24,000 nt of DNA from Campylobacter phage PT14_12670_16. Positions 1 through 9,083 of the stretch are shown here, in pieces (the first letter of the stretch is position 1; every line of letters starts with the position of its first letter). The DNA lies in sequence record PV052266.1. One strand, given 5' to 3'. The position numbers and the translations under genes are program-made. Below the pieces are notes generated by a model. The model saw only the letters and a list, made by a program, of their open reading frames with translations. It was not told the origin of the DNA and made no database searches.

Positions 1-381
1 TAGATAGATTTTCTGAAACAACCTCATATCCCAAATTATTTAAATAATCTAATTTATTTCGAATATCACATTTAGGCAATTAATTTTGCCATTTTTAAAA
101 TCACCAAATGCTCTTTTAAAAATATGGCCTTTTGCGCATTCTACATGTAAACTATCTGCTAAGTTCTCTGAAACCGCTTTATAACCTAAATTATTTAAAT
201 AGTTTAATTTTCCTAGTCTATCACATTCGGGACAATTTACAGAACCTCTTTTAAAATCATCAAACATTCTTCCAAAAATATGCCATGTTTACATTCAACT
301 TTTAAACTTTTGATAAGTTTTAAGAAATAGCTTTTATATCCTAAATTGTTTAAAAATATTATTTTTTAGTCGTTTAGTCAT
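1..381 (-). CDS. N-terminal part of a modular zinc-finger-repeat homing-endonuclease-like protein; runs off the left edge and is frameshifted
   Basis: Start ATG at 381 (MTKRLK...). Merged frames give repeated modules 'IIFLNNLGYK...LKVECKHG.IFGRMFDDFKRGSVNCPECD', 'KLNYLNNLGYKAVSENLADSLHVECAKGHIFKRAFGDFKNGKINC' and 'RNKLDYLNNLGYEVVSENLS'. These are the same module as in the 10439-12063 protein. Only the segment 49..267 is an uninterrupted ORF. Confidence 0.7.
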
Positions 382-419
382 GTGTGTTCCCAATATTAAT
401 GTTTGATACACCCTAAACA

Positions 420-1450
420 TTATTTTCCTAGTTGGTTATTACCTGTAATATTCAGTAAAGAATATTTATATTCTAGGGCATCTACAAAATCTTTATTACA
501 GAGTAGCTCACTAAAGAACTCGTCGAGCTGCTCTTGTGATGCACTTTTTAAATACAACTTTTTCTCTGTAAATGGATTAAAATGGCTATCACCTTGTTTT
601 TGTACGAATGCAAGTTCTAGCCCTAGATCAGCCAAACCTGACCATTTATTTATACCGTTATCAAAAGTAACTAAAATGCCTATTTTTGATTTTTCTTTGA
701 TGAATCTTGATTTTTCAACATTTATTGTGAATTGCCAACCTTGTAAATTCTTTTTACTATCTTTTTCTTGTGCTTTTCCAATAATAAAAATGGTATCAGC
801 ACTATAAATCGCTCCAGTACCACCGGATACCGCTTGACCACCCCACAAAGATCCAATATCATCATAGGTGTGATTTACAACAACCATAGGCATATGTTTC
901 ATAGACAAATAAGGTGTTACAATTCTAAACAAACTCTTAATATGTTTACTTCTTTGCATATCTGCAACTGATTTTTCATTTATTGCATTTTCTATTTCAG
1001 CTTTACTTGCTAAGTTTCCTACGCTGTCGAGAATTATTATAACTCTATCACCATCTTCGATATTTTCTAATTGATTTGCAATGTCAAATTTTAATTCCTC
1101 AACATTCATAACTGGTGTATGGATAACTCTTGTTGTATCAATACCAAAGTTTTCCATATAGTTTGCAGTGATACCAAATTCAGAATCATAAAAAATACAT
1201 ACAGCATCGCATATTTTCCAAATATGAAGCCATCATTACAAGTGCATAATTACTTTTAAAATGTTTGCTGCGCCTGCAATTACTGTTAGTCCTCCTGTTC
1301 GCCACCATTAATTTTACCACTTAATGCAAGATTTAACATTGGTACTGCTGTTTCAACAAATTCAGTTTTACCAAAATATTTACTATCTTCAAGTTTATTA
1401 GTTCTATCTTTTAAAGTGCTATTTTTTAATAATTTATTAATTAATGACAT
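420..1450 (-). CDS. uvsX: UvsX-like RecA-family recombinase (frameshifted in the N-terminal third)
   Basis: ORF 420..1157 contains T4 UvsX-like stretches: 'TTRVIHTPVMNVEELKFDIANQLENIEDGDRVIIILDSVGNLASKAEIENAINEKSVADMQRSKHIKSLFRIVTPYLS', 'VSGGTGAIYSADTIFIIGKAQ' and 'NVEKSRFIKEKSKIGI'. The upstream frames restore 'MSLINKLLKNSTLKDRTNKLEDSKYFGKTEFVETAVPMLNLALSGKINGG' and 'LTVIAGAA(K)HFKSNYALVMMASYLEKYADAVCIFYDSEFG'. Confidence 0.95.
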
Positions 1451-1745
1451 TTTAATCCTTTCTAAATTTATTAATATCTATAACAACATGATGCTGCTTA
1501 CATTTTCTTCATTTATCGCCTCCATAATAAAATTATATACTTCTTTTGTCATGTTTTATATTTAAGTGTAAACTTGTACTCTTGTCACCCACATTTAATA
1601 AATACAATACTAGATGAATTGTCTTTAATTACACTAAATGAGTCTATTTTACTAACAAAATATATATTATCATCATTAATAATAACCATTTTATTCCTTT
1701 CGTATAATAAATTTAAGAATATTATATTACAAATATTCTTAAATA

Positions 1746-2040
1746 TTACTTAACTTGTGAATTAAACTTCTCTATTGAGTTATAAAGATTATTATAGTTA
1801 AATTCAAGATGTTTATACTGATTGTCTATAAGTATAAATTCGTTTGGAGATATTAACAGATATTCTTTACCATTAATTTCCTGTTTCATGATTTTAACAC
1901 CTATTTTATGACCAATGTATTTTTCATCAAGAGGATATTTTAAATACTCTTTTTCAGTAATTGTTATTGTTTTGCCTTGCTGTTGAACAACCAACAAATA
2001 TAAATGCACTAAAAATTAACAATAATATACTGTGTTTCAT
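1746..2040 (-). CDS. Candidate outer-membrane lipoprotein (o-spanin, Rz1-like), one frameshift near 1980
   Basis: ATG at 2040 gives the lipoprotein signal peptide 'MKHSILLLIFSAFIFVGCST' (lipobox FVGC). After one indel the reading continues as 'QGKTITITEKEYLKYPLDEKYIGHKIGVKIMKQEINGKEYLLISPNEFILIDNQYKHLEFNYNNLYNSIEKFNSQVK'. The start codon overlaps the end of the upstream membrane-protein ORF. Confidence 0.55.
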
Positions 2041-2350
2041 TCTCATCCTTTCTCATAAGTTTTAATTTTTGTATTTTAGTCTCAATATTTTTTATATTAT
2101 TAAGAACTTCCTTATATTTTACTTCTTTTTCTCTAAAAACCTCAATAGTAAGATTATTATAGTTTAAGTGCTTCTAATTCCTTTTTAGAATTTTTTATAT
2201 TTTGTGTTAATTGTTTTTCATTTTCAATCAATATCGCATTTGATTTTTCTAATGAAATATATCTATAAGCAGTAAAAGCTAACAAAGATCCTAACAAAAT
2301 ATAAATTATGTTGACTTTATAAATGAAAATAAAAAATTAAACATTTGCAT
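2009..2350 (-). CDS. Candidate inner-membrane spanin (Rz-like): N-terminal TM plus charged/coiled region, two frameshifts
   Basis: Merged frames give 'MQMFNFLFSFI..KVNIIYILLGSLLAFTAYRYISLEKSNAILIENEKQLTQNIKNSKKELEALKL..NYNNLTIEVFREKEVKYKEVLNNIKNIETKIQKLKLMRKDENETQYIIVNF'. It overlaps the lipoprotein start in a different frame, the classic Rz/Rz1 layout. AAAGG SD before ATG 2350. Confidence 0.5.
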
Positions 2351-2382
2351 CCTTTAAATGTTTGATACTCAAAAAAACAGTA

Positions 2383-2685
2383 TCAAACATGTTTATTTTT
2401 TTGACTTTTTACATATAAATCAGAGTCTTCTAAATCAAATTCCGCACCAAAGTTATCAATAACAATTTCCCACTCACCTTCATAATTTTTTATTTTCATC
2501 GCTGCGTTATCATCATAACCAACTCTTACTTTTGAACCAATATCACCTTCATAATATTCCCAATCATATCGCTCATCTTTGATGATATTATCTATATCAT
2601 CAACTTTTGATACTGTAACGCTTCCTAATTTTTGTAGTGATTTTTCATCAAAATTAATTATAATAGGGGTATTTTTCTCCATCAA
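2383..2685 (-). CDS. Hypothetical acidic protein
   Basis: Uninterrupted 100-aa ORF in the operon direction (MMEKNTPIIINFDEKSLQKLGSVTV...). No family recognised. Confidence 0.6.
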   Translation of the reverse strand: MMEKNTPIIINFDEKSLQKLGSVTVSKVDDIDNIIKDERYDWEYYEGDIGSKVRVGYDDNAAMKIKNYEGEWEIVIDNFGAEFDLEDSDLYVKSQKNKHV

Positions 2686-2919
2686 AACTTATGTTTGCTA
2701 CTTTTTCGTATATTTCATTTAAAATGTCTTCTTTTATACCAGTAACTCTCACTGTTATACAAGGTTTTATTAAGTTAGTCTTGTTGGGGCAGTTAGTTCT
2801 TTAACAAAGAATGGTGTCAGAATTTGTATGTCAGAGTCATTAACTATAGAACTTAATTCATAACTGTCTAATATAGTTTTACCATAACTAACATTTACCT
2901 TTAAATTCGCTTTAGCCAT
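2686..2919 (-). CDS. Hypothetical small protein (frameshifted)
   Basis: 'MAKANLKVNVSYGKTILDSYELSSIVNDSDIQILTPFFVKELTAPT..' continues in another frame as '..VRVTGIKEDILNEIYEKVANISFDGEKYPYYN'. Confidence 0.4.
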
Positions 2920-3013
2920 TGGGAAGTATTAAATTATTAATATCATTGCTAATGTTTTTATAGTTGTTTTTTAAATCATTTATAGATTCAACTAAAAATT
3001 TTGCGTAAAGCAT
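2912..3013 (-). CDS. Very small hypothetical ORF (33 aa)
   Basis: MLYAKFLVESINDLKNNYKNISNDINNLILPNG, preceded by AAAAAAGGA; terminally overlaps the downstream start. Confidence 0.35.
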   Translation of the reverse strand: MLYAKFLVESINDLKNNYKNISNDINNLILPNG

Positions 3014-3031
3014 ACTTATATCCTTTTTTAA

Positions 3032-3950
3032 TTATTTATATTTTATGTAGTATTTTATCAGAGCAGCTACTAAAGCGCTTAGACATAATTCTCTATCTCT
3101 ACTTGTCCTATCATGATCACTATAATGTTCTATAAGCATTACGGCCTGTGGCTATCCTTTCTAACTCAAAAAATTTATCAACATTTTTAAACAAATACTC
3201 CTAAAAACCACTATAACTTACTGTTTGTGCTATAATTTTTCTCGCTTCAGTATAATCTTTCTTCTTTAAAGCTTCGGCTAAATTGGAATAATTATTAATA
3301 TTTTCAAATACTTTTTCATCTATTACTAATTTATTATTAACAGTATTATGCTGCATAACTATTAACATCTCTCTAATGCATTGATAAAAACATTGAATAA
3401 GTTTCTGTAAATCTTTTTTATTATATTCTACTTTTTCATTTTGTAGTATAAATTCTAACCTATTAAATATTTTCGCACCTAGTTCCGCTTTATTATCATT
3501 AAACTCTTTATCAAAGTCTATACATGTAACACGAGTCAAAATGGGTTCTATTAGTCTATCAGTATGATTTGCTGTTAATATAAATCTACAATTTTGAGTA
3601 TATTCATCTATTATATCGCGCATTCAGCGTTGTAATTCATTTGTCATCCCATCACATTCTGATAAAGATATAATTTTTAATGAACCATCTATTGAAACAC
3701 TGCTTGCAAATGATGTAATTTTATTTCTCGCAAGATCCACTCCACTCTCTTTTGATGAGTTAATGAATAAATGAGTTGCACCTAATTCATCACATATTGC
3801 TTTGTTTAATGAAGTTTTCCAGTTCCGCTGTGTTGCTAAAAAAACCGAGGTTTCCTATTTCACCAGAATTAATCCATTCTTTTATTTTTGCATGAAGCTG
3901 CTATAGTAAATCATATCATCTACTCTAGACCCTCTATATTTTTCAGCCAT
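3032..3950 (-). CDS. 44: Sliding-clamp-loader ATPase subunit, T4 gp44-like (interrupted by indels and in-frame stops)
   Basis: Merged reading: 'MAEKYRGSRVDDMIYYSS', 'LHAKIKEWINSGEIGN', damaged P-loop region, 'SLNKAICDELGATHLFINSSKESGVDLARNKITSFASSVSIDGSLKIISLSECDGMTNELQR*MRDIIDEYTQNCRFILTANHTDRLIEPILTRVTCIDF', then '..KKKDYTEARKIIAQTVSYSGF*EYLFKNVDKFFELERIATGRNAYRTL'. This matches gp44 layout, including the ITANN-like sensor and the C-terminal domain. Confidence 0.88.
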
Positions 3951-4036
3951 ATATATTCTTTTTCGTTTATACTTTTCAAATCAATTCCTTTCTTTTTTCT
4001 GTATTATATATTAACTATACTTAAAATTACCTTAAT

Positions 4037-4573
4037 CTATAATACTTCGCCTTCAATTTGTTTAGATACAGTTTTTATGTAATCTTTTGATTCATCTGTA
4101 AACTTTAAAAACTTAAAAACATTCAAAATACTTTCACATATAATGGTATTGTTGATACCATTAAAATCTTTAATATTGTATAACATTAGATACCAATACA
4201 CAGTAACGAAAGATATTTGTTTTCTAGAATACTCACGCATTACTTCTTTAAACATAGGCTTTTTGTATTTCTCTTCTAATAATGCTATATCTTTTTTTAT
4301 TATGTTTTATAGAATTTTATTGTTTTTTTAAACTTCTCATATTCTGTTTTATTATAATTTCTTAAATATTCACATAAACCATAAATACTAGATGCGACTG
4401 TATTTAAACATTATATATACACACAATAAGGTAAAGTCACCCCTATCAGAAAAGTTTAACGCATAAAAACCTATTTTTTTATCCATTATATCTTTGCTAT
4501 GAGATACACATAATAATTTTTCTTTTAAGTTTTTTGAAATGTAAGAAATACTCCATTAGAAATATTATAAATG
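4037..4573 (-). CDS. Hypothetical protein (frameshifted)
   Basis: Merged frames '..SYISKNLKEKLLCVSHSKDIMDKKIGFYALNFSDRGDFTLLC..SSIYGLCEYLRNYNKTEYEKFKK..IIKKDIALLEEKYKKPMFKEVMREYSRKQISFVTVYWYLMLYNIKDFNGINNTIICESILNVFKFLKFTDESKDYIKTVSKQIEGEVL'. Start uncertain; family not recognised. Confidence 0.4.
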
Positions 4574-4882
4574 TCATAATAATGCAACTTCATATGTAGT
4601 ATTCCTTACTCCCATAATATATCTATGTCTGATATATCTATGTGGCTTTGGTTTTCCATCATATTTTGTAAATTTGAATTTTTTCAAGTCTTTTTCAACA
4701 ATATCCCTAAATATTGCATAATCAGACAATTCTGATGCTATTAATTCACCATCCATATCAATATGATTTCCAAATTCAATTATAACATCTAAAATACAAT
4801 CATCCATCATATCTTTTTGTTTTCTAAATTCAAAGAGCTTATTAAAAAGCTCTGTTTTACTTTCCACTACTGCCCCATCCAC
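4574..4882 (-). CDS. Small acidic/helical protein, possibly a gp33-like late transcription accessory protein
   Basis: 102-aa intact ORF 'ELFNKLFEFRKQKDMMDDCILDVIIEFGNHIDMDGELIASELSDYAIFRDIVEKDLKKFKF'. Its helical pattern resembles gp33-type late-transcription coactivators. The function call is weak. Confidence 0.45.
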   Translation of the reverse strand: MDGAVVESKTELFNKLFEFRKQKDMMDDCILDVIIEFGNHIDMDGELIASELSDYAIFRDIVEKDLKKFKFTKYDGKPKPHRYIRHRYIMGVRNTTYEVALL

Positions 4883-4893
4883 CGTTATTACCT

Positions 4894-5307
4894 CTAATTA
4901 ATTTTTTTGTTAATATTATCAAAATCATCTTTTGATATATTTTCTATTTTACTTTCATTACATTTTAATAACTCAAATGGCAATACTTATCACCTTTTTT
5001 TATAGTGTATGCTTCCTTACCAAAATTATACACTTTTACTTTTAAATTCCCACTCCAAGAAGCATCTAATATACCACCATAAACAAATAAATCTTTTATA
5101 AATCCTAGACTACTTCTAGTGTTAAATCTTATATAATATCCATATGCCATTATTAATCTAACACCATTTTCAACATACTCAAACCCACCACCTTGAAATT
5201 GTTTTGTCTTCTATGAAAATATATCATAACAAGCAAGCCATTACTGATATTTCTGCTAATTTTGCATTACTATCTTCTAACCATGTTTTTAATACACACA
5301 TATTTTT
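4894..5307 (-). CDS. dut: dUTPase-like protein (frameshifted; start approximate)
   Basis: Merged frames: 'NAKLAEIS..CYDIFS', 'QFQGGGFEYVENGVRLIMAYGYYIRFNTRSSLGFIKDLFVYGGILDASWSGNLKVKVYNFGKEAYTIKKGDKY', 'LPFELLKCNESKIENISKDDFDNINKKIN'. The order of motifs (RSSL, GGILDxxxxG, GKExYTIKKGDK, QLP) matches trimeric dUTPases. Confidence 0.75.
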
Positions 5308-5448
5308 ATCCTATTAATTAAAAGTAGTGATTCATCATTAAAATCATATATTTCTACAAATTTATCAATTCCCTCAAGTAATACATTAATACTTATTTTA
5401 AAAGATATTTCAAGTAATGATGTGCCTTTTGTTTATTATATTTTCTAA

Positions 5449-5683
5449 ATTATCCTTCATAAGTTGCTGACAAAACAGTCCCATAACATGCTAGTTTTGT
5501 ATCATCATCTAATTTAACAGATATACAGTTCAATTTTATTTTTTTATTTTCTATACTTTTACTTTCTCTAACATTTTCTTTTAATAATTCATAAGTTGTG
5601 AGAAAAGTTTTCACTAATCAACAATATTGCATTTAATTTCACCAACTCTTCAACCATATTTAAAATTTCTATATTTTTCATTT
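5449..5683 (-). CDS. Hypothetical small protein (frameshifted)
   Basis: 'MKNIEILNMVEELVKLNAILL' continues in another frame as 'KTFLTTYELLKENVRESKSIENKKIKLNCISVKLDDDTKLACYGTVLSATYEG'. Confidence 0.35.
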
Positions 5684-5692
5684 TCACCTCTT

Positions 5693-6959
5693 TCAATTTA
5701 ATAATGCGTGAATGCCTGTTACGGCACTGGAATAATACCTCTTGTAATCGCTGAATCACCTACAAAAAAGACGTTTTTGCCAAAATCCTGTACTGTAAAA
5801 TTATTATTATAACTAACTCTCCAGCCTATTATTTTTATTTCTGAAGATATCCTTTCCATTCCTTTATATGTATTATATCACAAAGTTCCTTAATAAATTC
5901 TGGAGAGTGAGTCACCTAAGTTATCAAAATAATTTAAAAACTCTAAAGATGAGTTCTGATTTAATTCATAAATTTTACCATTAGTAATAGCTTTCTATTT
6001 GTCATAAATAATCTTCTACATTTACATTTTTAAAAGAACCTAAAATAGCCGGTTAGATTTTGCCGTCCATTTGTCTTTTACATGTAATCCATACGCGTCT
6101 CCATTTGCTTGTTCTCTAATGCGAATAGAATACCCTTTTACTTTTTCTGTTACAACTTCTGCTGTTCCATGATTAACACAAAATGTTCTTAACTCTTTAA
6201 GATAATTTTTGTTAATATTTTTACAGAACTTAAAATCGTATTGAATGTTGTTTGCTCGCTCTTGAATTGTATTATTATATTCACACTCAAATCTAAATCC
6301 TATATGAATTTGCTCAGCAACAGATTTAATATTGTTTAATTCAAAGCTTTCTTTAATATCTTTCATACCACTTCTACCAAGACCTATAAAAAGTTTATCA
6401 TAAGTTATATATGATTCAATACCATTTGTATCTCTTACTGTTATACATTTATCGAGTTTTGAAGAAATATATGTAGAGTTACAATAAATTGTAACACCTT
6501 TACTTTCAAGCCATTTTATCATGTTTTTACACATTTCAAGCCCCAAAGTTGAACCTACATGATGACACTCAGATTGTTTTAAAGCTATATCACCATAACC
6601 ACTTACAAACTTTGATCCTGTTTGGACTAGCTTGTGTTATGTGTATAGAAGCATTTGTGCTAAGAACATTTTAAATAGTTTATTTTTTAAAAAATCATAG
6701 TATTCTAAAACTTTTTGCTTATTAATGTACTCAAATATGCTTGATCATCATGTAGTGAAAATATATTTTTATTATCACTAAATGCACCACCACCTAGAAG
6801 ACCATTTACAATATCTATTGTGGCTATCCTATTATTAATATGTTTCCCTTTTTCAATAACAATTACTTCATCATGTTTCATATTAATAATATTATTCATA
6901 ATACCATAACAAATAGTGTATATATTTGCTACACCACCACCTATAAATACATATTTCAT
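5693..6959 (-). CDS. FAD-dependent dehydrogenase/oxidoreductase-like protein (COG2509-type), frameshifted
   Basis: N-terminus 'MKYVFIGGGVANIYTICYGIM...DEVIVIEKGKHINNRIATIDIVNGLLGGGAFSDNKNIFSLHDD' has a Rossmann GxGxxN FAD motif and a GxGGxFSDxK-like motif. The middle contains 'LFIGLGRSGMKDIKESFELNNIKSVAEQIHIGFRFE'. The C-terminus contains 'NVFFVGDSAITRGIIPSAVTGIHALLN' after frame correction. Confidence 0.72.
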
Positions 6960-7012
6960 ATAACCTTCCTTAATTTTAGTTATTATATAATAATTTATGT
7001 TAAGAAAAACCT

Positions 7013-7294
7013 TTAACTAAAGGCTTTCTTAGTCAAATCATAATTACCATGCAACAAATAATCAAAATAGAAAAATATTTTCTTTAACTCTGATTTATTA
7101 TCATCTTTACTGCCAAGTCTTGAAACATATTTTACTATATTACCTTCACAAAAATTCAAATTATTTTTATATATAAAATCAATGGCTTCTATTACCAGTT
7201 TAGTTGTAATGCTAGTTATTACCTCTTCTTTATCGCTATGTTTACGTGATGATGCTTTATAATACTCTTGTTTAATAGCTTTAAATACATCCAT
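7013..7294 (-). CDS. DUF3310 (SaV-like) family protein
   Basis: Intact ORF with 'LVIEAIDFIYKNNLNFCEGNIVKYVSRLGSKDDNKSELKKIFFYFDYLLHG', matching the (F/L)xxGNxxKYxxRxGxKD...xLxKxxxYxxxL pattern. Confidence 0.7.
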   Translation of the reverse strand: MDVFKAIKQEYYKASSRKHSDKEEVITSITTKLVIEAIDFIYKNNLNFCEGNIVKYVSRLGSKDDNKSELKKIFFYFDYLLHGNYDLTKKAFS

Positions 7295-7420
7295 ATACTC
7301 GCCATCTTGTTATAGCAACAACATTTTTATTGTTTATGTCGCTAGTTGTGTTATTAAGTCTCTCTGAAACTCATTAAAATTATTACTATTACAATATTGT
7401 TCAAAACTATAGCTCATTTT

Positions 7421-7597
7421 TTATCCTAATATTAATTTACTATTATTTGGCTGCTTACTAATGGCATCTTTTATAATGGCTTCCAGTTCTGTTAGATTTT
7501 CTACTATTTTCTCAGTATCAATATCAGATAATACTAACTCTCCAACATAAGACTGTAGTATTTCATTAATATCATTAATTTTATTTTTTATAGTCAT
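7421..7597 (-). CDS. Hypothetical small protein (58 aa)
   Basis: Intact ORF MTIKNKINDINEILQSYVGELVLSDIDTEKIVENLTELEAIIKDAISKQPNNSKLILG, below the 60-aa cutoff of the ORF track. Confidence 0.5.
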   Translation of the reverse strand: MTIKNKINDINEILQSYVGELVLSDIDTEKIVENLTELEAIIKDAISKQPNNSKLILG

Positions 7598-7678
7598 TAC
7601 TAACTCCTTTTATTATATTTGATATTATACAACATTTGGCCTTAAGAATGTCTTAGTTGTATATTATTTTAATATTTT

Positions 7679-8217
7679 TTATATACATGCTATAACTATA
7701 CTGCCTAAATCTAACCCACTTTTATTTAAGTATTTGTCATACCCCCTTCCCTTGTAATAATGTAATATTTCTAAATCATCATTAGTTTTATATTTTTGCT
7801 TAATATAATTTATTATAATAGCAGTCGCTTCTATTTGATTTTTTAGCGAGTTTATATGTTTTATATTGTGTTTGCTAATACTATCTTCCACATTTTGTAA
7901 TTTATTCCACTTATTCCCTTAACATTATTATACTTATGTTTTACTTTATGTTGAAGTTGTAGTTCTGATTGTATTAACGACATTATAAAAACTGCATTTA
8001 TATTATATTTTAAAGATGCTTCAAATATGTAGTTTGTTATTTCAGTCACGTTTTTATTATATTTTGAAATGTGCTTATCATATTTTGTTTTAAATATGAT
8101 AACCTTTCTTGAATAATGTCTTCAAAATTATATTTCGCATGAAAAATAACTGATTGCGATGTTGTTGTTAAATACAATACATAAAAACATAACAATATAT
8201 GTTAGCACTTTTTTCAT
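7679..8217 (-). CDS. Secreted SLT-type lytic transglycosylase / lysozyme-like protein (frameshifted)
   Basis: Signal-peptide-like 'MKKVLTYIVMFLCIVFNN'. 'NYIFEASLKYNINAVFIMSLIQSE' matches the A(s)KYxVxPxLxxxIxxxES catalytic motif. 'KHKYNNVKGISGINYKMWK' is followed by 'SLKNQIEATAIIINYIKQKYKTNDDLEILHYYKGRGYDKYLNK'. Two overlapping ORFs (7861..8049 and 7679..7891) belong together. Confidence 0.7.
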
Positions 8218-8269
8218 TATAGTTTTTCCAATATTCTAGTAATATTGTTTTAGTAATTTTTCACACCCC

Positions 8270-8871
8270 TTAAATTTTAGTCTTCTTTGTTTTGCCGCTC
8301 CTACAATAAATAGTAATTTTCAATCTTTTTTCCAATGCTTTTTTATATTTTTTTATAGCTCTTTCTGCTATCTCGTCTAATGATATGCTATCCCACATAT
8401 TATCACACATTTTTGCTTCTATGAAATATATAAACTTGTAATGTCTCTTCTAAAGTCACCAATTTTTAAACACAAACTATTTGCTAATGCGTAAAATAAT
8501 GCTCCTTTTCTTCAGCCCATTTGCCGCTAACTGCTTTTTTAATTTTAACTCATTTGAATAAAATAATAATATTTTTTCTTTATTAGAATCACTTGCAACT
8601 TTATACATTTCATTTAAATCTTTAAAACAGCCATATTTTACAACAGATGCTAAAAACATGTCATTAATATTGTTTTGTTTTTTCAGCGATATACTTTAGA
8701 AGTGAAATTGAATTCTTTATATTTCCTCCATTTACATCTCTAGCCATAATAAAATCTGCCATCGCTTGTTTTTTATCTTCCTGTTTGCGCATATTTAAAC
8801 AATTTTATAAGATAGTTAATATCTTTTGAGTAAAATAATGCTTTTGCAAAATTTTTACAATTAAATTTCAT
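8270..8871 (-). CDS. Hypothetical protein (multiple frameshifts)
   Basis: Merged frames from ATG 8871: 'MKFNCKNFAKALFYSKDINYLIKLFKYAQ..EDKKQAMADFIMARDVNGGNIKNSISLLKYI..NINDMFLASVVKYGCFKDLNEMYKVASDSNKEKILLFYSNELKLKKQLAANG..GALFYALANSLCLKIGDFRRDI..FIEAKMCDNMWDSISLDEIAERAIKKYKKALEKRLKI'. Confidence 0.4.
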
Positions 8872-9083
8872 ATCATTCCTTTTATATTTACACAACACCA
8901 GGTTAAGAGTTTGTGAAGGTTGAAAAGGCGGGCTTATTTTGGGTCTGGGTATTAACCTTATGTGTTCTATTTTATTACTCAGGCTATGCTCTCTTTAGAA
9001 GTAAAGAGAAAATTAACATAATACGCTTACCATAACCTTGATATACTCATTTTATTAATGAATATATCAAGATTATGATGCAA
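8872..9083. other. Unassigned ~210-bp intergenic block with elevated GC and a hairpin; candidate structured RNA or regulatory region
   Basis: No convincing ORF. 'CCAGGTTAAGAG...GAAAAGGCGGGC...GGGTCTGGGTATTAACC' is GC-rich for this genome. AGGTTAA (8900-8906) pairs with TTAACCT (8952-8958). The hairpin TCTCTTTA-gaag-TAAAGAGA is at 8990-9009. Confidence 0.3.

Noticed and set aside
403-971. Plus-strand ORFs 403..807 and 768..971
   Set aside because: Lie antisense to the clearly recognisable uvsX coding sequence; low-complexity shadow ORFs.
3888-4331. Plus-strand ORFs 3888..4082 and 4143..4331
   Set aside because: Antisense to minus-strand genes in a uniformly minus-strand block; hydrophobic AT-rich translations typical of shadow ORFs.
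8872-9083. tRNA gene in the GC-elevated intergenic block
   Set aside because: No convincing cloverleaf or T-loop consensus found by eye on either strand; left as an unassigned candidate structured region.
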